Positions 1 through 7,982 of a stretch of DNA of 64,000 nt are shown one piece after another. Source of the DNA: an uncultured Verrucomicrobiae bacterium (lineage in GTDB: Bacteria; Verrucomicrobiota; Verrucomicrobiia; Chthoniobacterales; UBA10450). The stretch is from contig CAVYXA010000003.1 in the NCBI GenBank assembly GCA_963772365.1, forward strand, positions 128,001-192,000, written 5' to 3'. Position 1 is the first letter of the stretch, and every line of letters starts with the position of its first letter. The notes under the pieces were generated by a model. That model was not told the origin of the DNA and did no database searches. It saw only the letters and a list, made by a program, of their open reading frames with translations. The position numbers were made by a program, and so were the translations under genes.

Positions 1-19
1 GTAACACGGGTGATAAAGT

Positions 20-25
20 TATAAT
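20..25 (+). promoter_or_regulatory. possible sigma-70 -10 box upstream of arc
   Basis: Exact TATAAT about 50 nt before the arc ATG; the -35 position is at or beyond the window edge. Confidence 0.3.
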
Positions 26-73
26 CCAAATCAGTTCGGTGATTCCGAACCGGAGGGGCGAGACCTAAAGATA

Positions 74-1747
74 ATGAGCGACGAAGGACTCCAGGGCGAC
101 GAGGAAAAATCGCAGGCGCGAACTCTTCTCGACGAATTCGACCGAATTATTGCTTTGCTTCCACCGGGTGACCCGCTGCGGCGTGAGTTGATCGAGCTCC
201 GGTCGGAAGTTTCAGACCGGGAGGAAATGGTGTCCGAAGCTCGCCGGATGATTGAGAAACTCGAGGACGTGATCAAGAAAGTGACCTCGCCGGCGAACCG
301 GATTGGAACGTTTCTCGGCGCGACCTCGCACAATACGGCCCATATCGTGGTGGGCGGTGCGGATTATTTTTGCAACGTCGATCCTCGGATTCCGCTGGCG
401 AAATTGAAAAAGGGAACACGCGTTCTCGTAAATGAAGCATTCGTGATTGTTGGCGACCTCGGTTTTGAAACGAGCGGGCCAGTGACCAAGATCACCGAAG
501 TGCTCGGCGAAGACAGACTGCGCGTTGGGTCCGAACACGGCTTGCAGGCCGTCGTTCTCCAGCGTTCGTCCGATCTCGCGAATTCGGTGCTGAAAACAGG
601 GGACGAGGTCCGGGTCGACCCGAACTATCGAATGGCGCTGGAGATGCTTTCTAGCCCGAAATCGCAGGAGCATTACCTCGATACGGTGCCCAACCTGCCG
701 TGGGAAAAAGTCGGCGGTCAGGAAGCAGCCATTCAGGCGATCAAAGATGCGATCGAGCTGCCGCTGTTACATGTCGATCTTTTCCAGAAGTTTCAGCACG
801 CTACACCGAAAGGTTTTCTGCTCTACGGTCCACCCGGCTGCGGCAAGACGCTGATCGGAAAGGCAACTGCTTACAATTTGACGAAGCAGCTCCGGGAAAA
901 AACGGGCACCGAGATGCACGAATATTTCATGCACGTCAAAGGACCGGAGATCTTGAACATGTGGGTGGGCGAATCGGAGCGGATCGTGCGCGAGATTTTT
1001 TTGACTGCCCGCGAGAAACGGCGCGAAGGATTCATGCCGTTCTTGTTCATCGATGAAGCGGAATCGATTCTCGGAACGCGGCGTGCCTCGCGTTATTCGA
1101 ATATTCTCTCCACGCTCGTCCCGATGTTCTGCTCGGAGATGGACGGAATCGAATCGCTCAATGACGTGGTAATCATTCTCGCGTCCAATCGCGCGGATCT
1201 GATCGATCCCGCCATTCTGAGACCGGGCAGAATCGACAGGAAAATCAAAGTGAACCGGCCGAACAAGGAAGGCGCGCGCGACATTTATCGCATTTACCTC
1301 AGAAACGATCTGCCTTATGACGGCGCTCTGGCGAAGGAAGCCGCCCATATCGGCGAGGCGATCGAACGATTGATCGAGAGATTCGTCGATTGGCAATTTT
1401 TGCGCCGCGATGAAAACAAGTTTCTGGAAGTAACGTTGCGGAGCGGCCGAAAAGAGATCCTCTATCGAAGCGATCTCATCAGCGGTGCGATCATCGCCTC
1501 GATTGTGGAACGAGCCAAAGCCGCCGCCATCAAACGGTCGATCGCCAGCGGAATGGAAGAAGGTATCACTGAGAATGATCTGCGCGTCGCCTTCGATGCC
1601 GAGTACATCGAGAACGATATTTTCCCGCCCAGCGACGTCACGGAAGATTGGCTAAAGTTAATCGATTACGATCCGGAGAACGTAGTCAAAATTGCCCCAA
1701 TTCGCCCGGGCGCATCCGCGGCAGGGCATTCTTCGGGCGTCATCTAA
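74..1747 (+). CDS. arc: proteasome-associated AAA+ ATPase (ARC/Mpa family)
   Basis: N-terminal coiled coil, OB-like region (LKKGTRVLVNEA), Walker A GPPGCGKT, VKGPEILNMWVGESER, Walker B LFIDEAE, SRH NRADLIDPAILRPGRID; next to dop. Confidence 0.9.
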   Translation: MSDEGLQGDEEKSQARTLLDEFDRIIALLPPGDPLRRELIELRSEVSDREEMVSEARRMIEKLEDVIKKVTSPANRIGTFLGATSHNTAHIVVGGADYFCNVDPRIPLAKLKKGTRVLVNEAFVIVGDLGFETSGPVTKITEVLGEDRLRVGSEHGLQAVVLQRSSDLANSVLKTGDEVRVDPNYRMALEMLSSPKSQEHYLDTVPNLPWEKVGGQEAAIQAIKDAIELPLLHVDLFQKFQHATPKGFLLYGPPGCGKTLIGKATAYNLTKQLREKTGTEMHEYFMHVKGPEILNMWVGESERIVREIFLTAREKRREGFMPFLFIDEAESILGTRRASRYSNILSTLVPMFCSEMDGIESLNDVVIILASNRADLIDPAILRPGRIDRKIKVNRPNKEGARDIYRIYLRNDLPYDGALAKEAAHIGEAIERLIERFVDWQFLRRDENKFLEVTLRSGRKEILYRSDLISGAIIASIVERAKAAAIKRSIASGMEEGITENDLRVAFDAEYIENDIFPPSDVTEDWLKLIDYDPENVVKIAPIRPGASAAGHSSGVI

Positions 1748-1786
1748 GATGAACACGCGGGCCCATTCTCGACGCGCCAGCGTCAA

Positions 1787-2295
1787 CTGTAGGGGAAGCT
1801 GACAGCTTCCCCCGTGCCTATGGCCGAGCCCCCGCGATTGCCAGCGATCCAGCTTCCTTGGGATAAATCCGTCATCTACTTCGTCACGATGTGCGTGAAG
1901 GGTCGACAGCCTGTATTGGCGACATCGGAAATGTTCGAAGCGACGAACGGGACAATCGGACAGCTGCGAAAATGGCGCGTGCTAGCCGGCGTTGTCATGC
2001 CCGATCATGCCCATTGGATCGTCTCGCCTCGTGAAGATCGGGACTTATCGGTCGGAGATTTTTCGCATGGATTTAAGCGAGTGCTCAGTAGTCGGATCGG
2101 TTCACAAACATGGGAGTGGCAGCGAGGCTGTTTCGATCGGTTGTTGCGATCGGATGAGAATCTGTTGAGCAAGTGGATTTATGTGAAAGATAATCCAGTG
2201 CGGCATGGGTTAGTCGAGAAGGCGGATGACTGGCTGTATTACATCGACAACATTAACAATGCAGCCACAGGGGAAGCTGTCAGCTTCCCCTACAG
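1787..2295. mobile_element. RAYT element bounded by a perfect 26-bp inverted REP pair
   Basis: 1787-1812 ctgtaggggaagctgacagcttcccc is the exact reverse complement of 2270-2295; each copy is GTAG plus a hairpin (ggggaagct-gac-agcttcccc). Confidence 0.85.
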
Positions 2296-2332
2296 GGCGG
2301 CAGATCAGATTATCGGCGTGGGAGGGGAATGA
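1814..2332 (+). CDS. REP-associated tyrosine transposase (HUH/Y1, IS200-like)
   Basis: YFVTMC, HUH motif MPDHAH, WQRGCFDRLLR, catalytic Tyr in YVKDNPVRHGLV; flanked by REPs. Start may be ATG 1820. Confidence 0.85.
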   Translation: MPMAEPPRLPAIQLPWDKSVIYFVTMCVKGRQPVLATSEMFEATNGTIGQLRKWRVLAGVVMPDHAHWIVSPREDRDLSVGDFSHGFKRVLSSRIGSQTWEWQRGCFDRLLRSDENLLSKWIYVKDNPVRHGLVEKADDWLYYIDNINNAATGEAVSFPYRAADQIIGVGGE

Positions 2333-3849
2333 AACGGGTTTTTGGACTTGAGACCGAATACGGCATCACCGTAAGCGGAACGGAGATTGTCGATGTTGTA
2401 GCCGAGTCGATCGAGCTGGTCCATCGCTACACTGAGCATGGCGCGTTGATGAAATGGGACTACGAACTGGAGGATCCGCATCTCGATGCCCGCGGTTTTC
2501 GCGCCCGCGAGTTGCTCCAGGACACAGACGAATCGGCTTATTACGAAATCGATAAGAATCGCCCCCTGAGTTTCGAGGAGATCAAAAGCGACCTGGTTCT
2601 GTCGAATGGTGCGCGATTCTACAACGATCATGCGCATCCCGAGTACTCGACTCCGGAATGCACGACCCTTCACCAGATCGTCGCCCAGGATAAAGCGGGC
2701 GAACGCATACTCGAAGAATGCGCACGTCGCCGAAACCAAAAGCTCTCAGAAGGCCAGCAGGTCAGCCTTTACAAAAACAACACCGATTTCGTCGGCCACA
2801 GTTACGGTTGCCACGACAATTACCTGATCGCGCGCGCCCTGCCGTGGGACCGGATCGTAAATGGTATTTTGCCGTTTCTGATCACCCGCCAAATTTTTGC
2901 CGGCGCCGGTAAGATGGGAGTGGAAGCGGAAAGCACGTCGAGCCAGCCAGGAGTTTTTCAGATTTCTCAGCGCGCCGATTTTTTCAGCGTGCTTGTGAGC
3001 ATCGACACGATGAACCGCCGTCCGCTCGTAAACACGCGCGATGAACCCCATGCCGACCCCAGCCGCTACCGCAGATTCCACGTCATTCTGGGCGACTCGA
3101 ACATGAGCGAATGGGCGACGGCCATGAAAATCGGGACCACGGCGCTGGTGCTGGATTTGATCGAGCGCGGTGAAGCTCCTCAGCTCGAAATTGCGCAGCC
3201 GATCGAAGCCAACAAATCGATCAGTCGTGATCAGAATTATGATTGGATCATCGAGTTGAAGGACGGCCGGAAGATTTCTGCAATTGAGGTTCAGCGGCTT
3301 TATTTGCGTGCGGCGAGCACGCTGGCCGACTCGGCGGACGAAGATCGAGCCTGGATTTTGCGCGAATGGAAAGAGATTCTCGATGATCTGGAGCGCGATC
3401 CAATGTCGACTCGCAACCGGGTCGATTGGGCGGCCAAAAAATTCTTGCTGAATGCATTACAGGAAGAAGAAAAACTTTCCTGGACCGATCCCTGGTTGCA
3501 ATCGATCGATCTCGAATATCATAATATCGACCGTGAACGCGGTTTATTTTACGAGCTGGTCCGCAAGGACCTGATGCGGCGTTTCACCACTGAAGACGAT
3601 ATTAAATTGTCGATCTTCAATCCACCGGAGACAACGCGCGCTTTCTTTCGTGGACGCGCGGTTGCCCGTTTTAACGACGAGATCTCTTCGATTCAATGGG
3701 ACGAGATTGTTTTCACCAACGGATCAGCTTCGCGACGGATCGCCTTGCCCGAAGCAGCGATGAACGATCGGCTCAACTCACTCAATCAAGCCGCACGTAA
3801 TGGCAAGGATTTCGCCGAATTTTTGAATGCCGTGGCGCAGATTGATTGA
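2329..3849 (+). CDS. dop: Pup deamidase/depupylase (Dop/PafA2 family)
   Basis: GLETEYG, NGARFYNDHAHPEYSTPEC (Dop-type), YKNNTD..GHSYGCHDNY, RDEPHAD..RYRRFHVILGDSN, IDLEYH. Confidence 0.85.
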   Translation: MKRVFGLETEYGITVSGTEIVDVVAESIELVHRYTEHGALMKWDYELEDPHLDARGFRARELLQDTDESAYYEIDKNRPLSFEEIKSDLVLSNGARFYNDHAHPEYSTPECTTLHQIVAQDKAGERILEECARRRNQKLSEGQQVSLYKNNTDFVGHSYGCHDNYLIARALPWDRIVNGILPFLITRQIFAGAGKMGVEAESTSSQPGVFQISQRADFFSVLVSIDTMNRRPLVNTRDEPHADPSRYRRFHVILGDSNMSEWATAMKIGTTALVLDLIERGEAPQLEIAQPIEANKSISRDQNYDWIIELKDGRKISAIEVQRLYLRAASTLADSADEDRAWILREWKEILDDLERDPMSTRNRVDWAAKKFLLNALQEEEKLSWTDPWLQSIDLEYHNIDRERGLFYELVRKDLMRRFTTEDDIKLSIFNPPETTRAFFRGRAVARFNDEISSIQWDEIVFTNGSASRRIALPEAAMNDRLNSLNQAARNGKDFAEFLNAVAQID

Positions 3850-3854
3850 TTCAT

Positions 3855-4229
3855 TCATTTCCGAGCTCGAAATTTCACACCGGATATTCTCTCGAAATGT
3901 GCATCCTGCGTCCAAATGATTGCATTCTCGGATCGAGCGGTAGCGAGAATAATACTATCGGCCATGGGTAATCGTTCGTGGTGACTGATTGTGGCTGCTG
4001 CGATCGCGAGAGATGCAGTGAGATCGACAATTCGGCCGTGGCGCAAAGTCGCTACCGCTTGCAACGCTGATAGCGCAGTTCGTTGTCGCAGCACTCGCTT
4101 ATAGACTTCCAGCACGACGATGGTTGGAACAATCAGATCTCGGCTCTTCTCGACAGCCGGTGCAAAAAATTCGGCATTGGGCCCATCAGCGAAGTATTCC
4201 AGCCAAGCTGAAGAATCGACGAGATTCAC
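3855..4229 (-). CDS. vapC: PIN-domain toxin (VapC family)
   Basis: VDSSAWLEY...LEV...LPMADSIILATA...WTQDAHF PIN motifs; overlaps the antitoxin stop. Confidence 0.85.
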   Translation of the reverse strand: MNLVDSSAWLEYFADGPNAEFFAPAVEKSRDLIVPTIVVLEVYKRVLRQRTALSALQAVATLRHGRIVDLTASLAIAAATISHHERLPMADSIILATARSENAIIWTQDAHFERISGVKFRARK

Positions 4230-4432
4230 GCTCGATCTTTGTCGCGTGCAACGGTGGAATCGATTCCACGCAGAAATCCGCGCATCTCCTTCGCTAAGCG
4301 CACAGGCAATAACTCGATGTGGCCGGCGTGTTCCACGACATTAAATGCGCTTCCCGGCTTCAGTTTGAGTTTTTCCCGAACTTCCTTTGGAATCACGATT
4401 TGAAATTTCGGGGACAGCGTTACTCGTGTCAT
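4226..4432 (-). CDS. AbrB/MazE/SpoVT-family antitoxin
   Basis: VTLSPKFQIVIPKEVREKLKLKPG swapped-hairpin motif; coupled to vapC. Confidence 0.85.
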   Translation of the reverse strand: MTRVTLSPKFQIVIPKEVREKLKLKPGSAFNVVEHAGHIELLPVRLAKEMRGFLRGIDSTVARDKDRA

Positions 4433-4504
4433 ATCGATCGAGGCTGCGTAAAACGATATCAGGATCGATCAGAAGTGCAAACTACATTTTGTGGAAAGTA
4501 GAAA

Positions 4505-6085
4505 TTATTCCCACTCAATCGTGCTCGGCGGTTTGCTGGAGATATCGTAAACAACGCGATTGACGCCTTTCACTTCGTTGCAGATACGATTGGAGATGCG
4601 GGCCAGAAGCTCGTAGGGAATCCGGACCCAATCTGCGGTCATGCCGTCCTGACTCTCGACGATGCGCAATGCGATTGTGTTTTCATACGTGCGCTGGTCG
4701 CCCATGACACCGACTGATTGAACTGGAAGCAGAACGGCGAATGATTGCCAGACTTTGTAATACCAATCGGCGGCTTCCATTTCGCTTTGCACGATGGTGT
4801 CGGCTTCGCGCAGGATCGACAATCGCTCGGGCGTGACTTCGCCGAGGATGCGCACGGCCAGTCCGGGACCCGGGAACGGTTGGCGATAGACGATTTCTTT
4901 TGGCAAACCAAGTTGTAGCCCGACCTGGCGAACTTCGTCTTTAAACAATTGCCGGACCGGCTCGACCAGCTCGAAGTGCATTTTCTCCGGCAAGCCGCCG
5001 ACATTGTGATGACTCTTGATCACCTGTGAAGGGTTTCCTTCGATCGAAACGCTTTCGATTACGTCGGGATAAAGTGTGCCTTGGGCAAGAAAACGGAATT
5101 CGTGATTTCTGGATCGTGATTCGTCTTTCCTGAGATCGCAAACAGCGTCTTCGAATACTCGAATGAATTCGTTACCAATTATTTTTCGCTTTTGCTCAGG
5201 ATCGACAACGCCGCGCAGCTTCGACAGAAATCGTTCCGAAGCATCGACATATTTGAGTTTAATGTGAAAATTTTCTCCGAATACTCGCTGAACGACTTCC
5301 TCTTCCCGAGCCCTGAGCAGGCCGTTATTGACGAAAATACAGGTGAGCTGATCGCCGATTGCCTTGTGCAATAGCGCTGCCGTCACTGATGAATCGACCC
5401 CACCGCTCAGCCCCAGTACCACTTTTTCGTCACCGACTTGCCGCTGAATACGCTCGCACGCTTCTTCGATGAACGAGCCCATCGTCCAGTCCATCGGGCA
5501 GCGGCAAATGTGATAAACGAAGTTTTGCAGAATTTCCTTGCCTCGGGGTGTGTGCGCGACTTCTGGATGAAATTGGAGGCCGTAGAATTTGCGCTCGGAA
5601 TTTTCGATCGCCGCAAAGTTCGAATTTTCCGAAGTGGCAACGGCATGAAATCCTTTCGGCAGCGCGGTCAGTTTGTCTCCGTGACTGCTCCAGATGTCGA
5701 TCTGTTCACTAATGCCTTCGAACAACGGCGACTTGTGTCGAATGTGTAAAATGCCCGGCCCGTACTCGCGTCGGGCGCTGAACTCGACTTCGCCGCCCAA
5801 ATGACGCGCCATCAATTGCATTCCATAACAAATGCCGAGCACCGGGACCCCCATCTCGAACATTGCCGGATCGCCCAGTGGCGCGCCTTTATCGTAAACA
5901 CTGGCCGGGCCACCGGAAAGTATCAGGCCATTCGGCTTGAGCTTTGCCATCTCAGCGGCAGAAGTGGCGAAAGGTACGATCTCGGAATAGACCTGACACT
6001 CCCGAATTCGGCGGGCGATGACTTGAGTGTATTGCGAACCAAAATCCAGGATGAGAATTCTGGAGTGAGGAGCTCGAGCCTTCAC
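4505..6085 (-). CDS. guaA: GMP synthase (glutamine-hydrolysing)
   Basis: [48 protein letters not shown]. Confidence 0.97.
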   Translation of the reverse strand: MKARAPHSRILILDFGSQYTQVIARRIRECQVYSEIVPFATSAAEMAKLKPNGLILSGGPASVYDKGAPLGDPAMFEMGVPVLGICYGMQLMARHLGGEVEFSARREYGPGILHIRHKSPLFEGISEQIDIWSSHGDKLTALPKGFHAVATSENSNFAAIENSERKFYGLQFHPEVAHTPRGKEILQNFVYHICRCPMDWTMGSFIEEACERIQRQVGDEKVVLGLSGGVDSSVTAALLHKAIGDQLTCIFVNNGLLRAREEEVVQRVFGENFHIKLKYVDASERFLSKLRGVVDPEQKRKIIGNEFIRVFEDAVCDLRKDESRSRNHEFRFLAQGTLYPDVIESVSIEGNPSQVIKSHHNVGGLPEKMHFELVEPVRQLFKDEVRQVGLQLGLPKEIVYRQPFPGPGLAVRILGEVTPERLSILREADTIVQSEMEAADWYYKVWQSFAVLLPVQSVGVMGDQRTYENTIALRIVESQDGMTADWVRIPYELLARISNRICNEVKGVNRVVYDISSKPPSTIEWE

Positions 6086-6088
6086 GCG

Positions 6089-6289
6089 CTAGGGATGAGT
6101 TTGGGGGACACCGTGCTCGGCGGCAGGATCGTTAGCCGGTCGATCGATCGGCCCGAGCTGGCCTTCTCCTTTGATCCCGCGGCCAAGTTGTTGTTGAACT
6201 TCGGCACTGCTGCGTTGTTCGAATGGATCTGCGCAGCCGACTGCTAGCGAAGCCCAGGCAATCAAGAACAGGATCGACAGGGGCTTCAT
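6089..6289 (-). CDS. small putative lipoprotein
   Basis: MKPLSILFLIAWASLAVGC signal/lipobox; ATG at 6289. Confidence 0.55.
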   Translation of the reverse strand: MKPLSILFLIAWASLAVGCADPFEQRSSAEVQQQLGRGIKGEGQLGPIDRPANDPAAEHGVPQTHP

Positions 6290-6378
6290 TCGTTCATTGT
6301 AGGAATGAACTTTTGCATTGCAAGCAGGTTGAAAGATCAAAGTATGCAGCGATCTATTCCGCGCTCGATTCTTTTTCT

Positions 6379-6465
6379 ATCATGTTGAGCGAAGCGAAAC
6401 ATCTCTGACTATTTTGCCGCAGATTTCGAAATGATTGGAGATTCTTCGCTTCGCTCAGAATGACA
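6379..6465. repeat. inverted-repeat element (TGTCATTCTGAGCGAAGCGAAGAATCT type)
   Basis: tcatgttgagcgaagcgaaacatct ... agattcttcgcttcgctcagaatgaca; second copy at 27815-27937. Confidence 0.75.
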
Positions 6466-6500
6466 ACGCAACGATTCGCACGTAGCCCGTCAACGAATCC

Positions 6501-7067
6501 ATGATTCCAGCCGAACTCTTGCTCCAGGGTTATCGCTTCGGCGTTTTCCCGATGGCGATGGAAGATGGAACGATCGAATGGTTTTCGCCGGACCTGCGCG
6601 GAATTCTGCCGCTCGACGCCTTTCATGTGCCGCATGCTCTGGAGCGGGTTATCCGAAAGAAAATTTTCCAAATCAAGATCGACAGCAGCTTCAAGAAAGT
6701 GATCGAGGGCTGCGCCGCGCGGGAAGATACCTGGATCAATGGCGAGATCATCGAAAGTTACACGCGGCTGCACGAATTGGGGCACGCCCATTCGGTGGAA
6801 GCATGGAAAAATGGAAAACTCGCCGGGGGCCTCTATGGCGTTGCGATTGGAGGGGCTTTTTTCGGAGAATCGATGTTTCATCGCGTGACCGAGGCGTCCA
6901 AAGTTGCGCTGGTGGGATTGGTCGAACATTTGTGGGCGAAAAAGTTCATTTTGCTCGATACCCAGTGGCTCACGCCGCACTTGCAACAGTTTGGCGGGAT
7001 CGAAATCTCCAGGTCTCAATATTTGCGGCTTCTCCGGCTCGCGGTTGAGCTGCCACAGAAATTCTGA
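6501..7067 (+). CDS. aat: leucyl/phenylalanyl-tRNA--protein transferase
   Basis: GYRFGVFPMA, WFSPDLRG, AHSVEAW, GGLYGVAIGGAFFGESMF, LLDTQWLTPHL. Confidence 0.93.
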   Translation: MIPAELLLQGYRFGVFPMAMEDGTIEWFSPDLRGILPLDAFHVPHALERVIRKKIFQIKIDSSFKKVIEGCAAREDTWINGEIIESYTRLHELGHAHSVEAWKNGKLAGGLYGVAIGGAFFGESMFHRVTEASKVALVGLVEHLWAKKFILLDTQWLTPHLQQFGGIEISRSQYLRLLRLAVELPQKF

Positions 7068-7139
7068 ATTGGATCGGCGTTGAGCGCCGGACGTTTTCTG
7101 CTTTAATAACCAACCTGCGTCAGGACAATGGCGTAGTTC

Positions 7140-7212
7140 GGCTGGGTAGCTCAGTTGGCAGAGCAGTGGACTGAAAATCCACGTGTCGGCGGTTCGATTC
7201 CGCCCCCAGCCA
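7140..7212 (+). tRNA. tRNA-Phe(GAA)
   Basis: Acceptor stem GGCTGGG/CCCAGCC, D arm GCTCAGTTGGCAGAGC, anticodon arm GTGGA-CTGAAAA-TCCAC, T arm GGTTCGATTCC; CCA not encoded. Confidence 0.95.
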
Positions 7213-7235
7213 TTTTCCTCGAGCATGGAACCTTC

Positions 7236-7982
7236 ATGAAATATTGGAAAGACGGAGGAGAGGAATGGTCCAAACCGTGGGGAAATTCCGCGGCGCAGTG
7301 GGCCGGGGTGATTCTGCCTCGAATCCGGGATTATCTTCCCGCCGGTACAATTCTCGAAATCGCTCCCGGGTTTGGCCGCTGGACGCATTATCTCACGGGC
7401 TATTGCGAGAATCTGTGGCTGGTTGAGAAAGCCGATCAATGTTACGAAGCGTGCTGCCGTCGATTTGGCAACGACCAACAGATTAAGATCTATCACAACG
7501 ACGGATATTCGTTGTCGATGATCCCGGACAACTCGGTTGACTTCGTCTTTACCTTCGACTCACTCGTCCATGACAGACGCGGGTTCATCGCATCCTATTT
7601 GAGCCAACTGGCTTCGAAGCTCAAAGTCAGTGGGAAAGGCTTTTTTCATCATTCAAACCTGGGCGCGTATGCCAACTCGGTTCGTAACCGTTTGCCAACG
7701 TCGGCGCTGAAATTATTGGAAAAAGCCAGGATTATCGATTCGGAACATCATCGCGCGCCCACGATGACGGCCGATTTCTTTCGCGCTTTGTGCGAGAAGA
7801 GCGGTCTACATTGTTTTCGTCAGGAGTTAATCAATTGGCGGGCTCGCCGTCTGATTGATTGTTTTTCCTGGTTTGAGCGGGACGTAACCCAACAAGCACA
7901 GCCCACCGAGATTATCAGAAACCCCAATTTCATGCGGGAAGCAGCCCGCATTCGCCGGACTATTCTGTCCGCAACGCCGTAA
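7236..7982 (+). CDS. class I SAM-dependent methyltransferase
   Basis: ILEIAPGFGRW motif I, IPDNSVDFVFTFDSLVH; start moved to ATG 7236 because the longer ORF overlaps the tRNA. Confidence 0.8.
   Translation: MKYWKDGGEEWSKPWGNSAAQWAGVILPRIRDYLPAGTILEIAPGFGRWTHYLTGYCENLWLVEKADQCYEACCRRFGNDQQIKIYHNDGYSLSMIPDNSVDFVFTFDSLVHDRRGFIASYLSQLASKLKVSGKGFFHHSNLGAYANSVRNRLPTSALKLLEKARIIDSEHHRAPTMTADFFRALCEKSGLHCFRQELINWRARRLIDCFSWFERDVTQQAQPTEIIRNPNFMREAARIRRTILSATP

Noticed and set aside
3850..4504. pup/ubact gene downstream of dop
   Set aside because: The region holds vapBC on the opposite strand, and no small acidic ORF ending G[EQ] is present.
7155..7235. N-terminal extension of the methyltransferase
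   Set aside because: It is translated tRNA-Phe sequence.
6354..7496. 380-aa minus-strand ORF
   Set aside because: It is an antisense shadow of aat, tRNA-Phe and a repeat.
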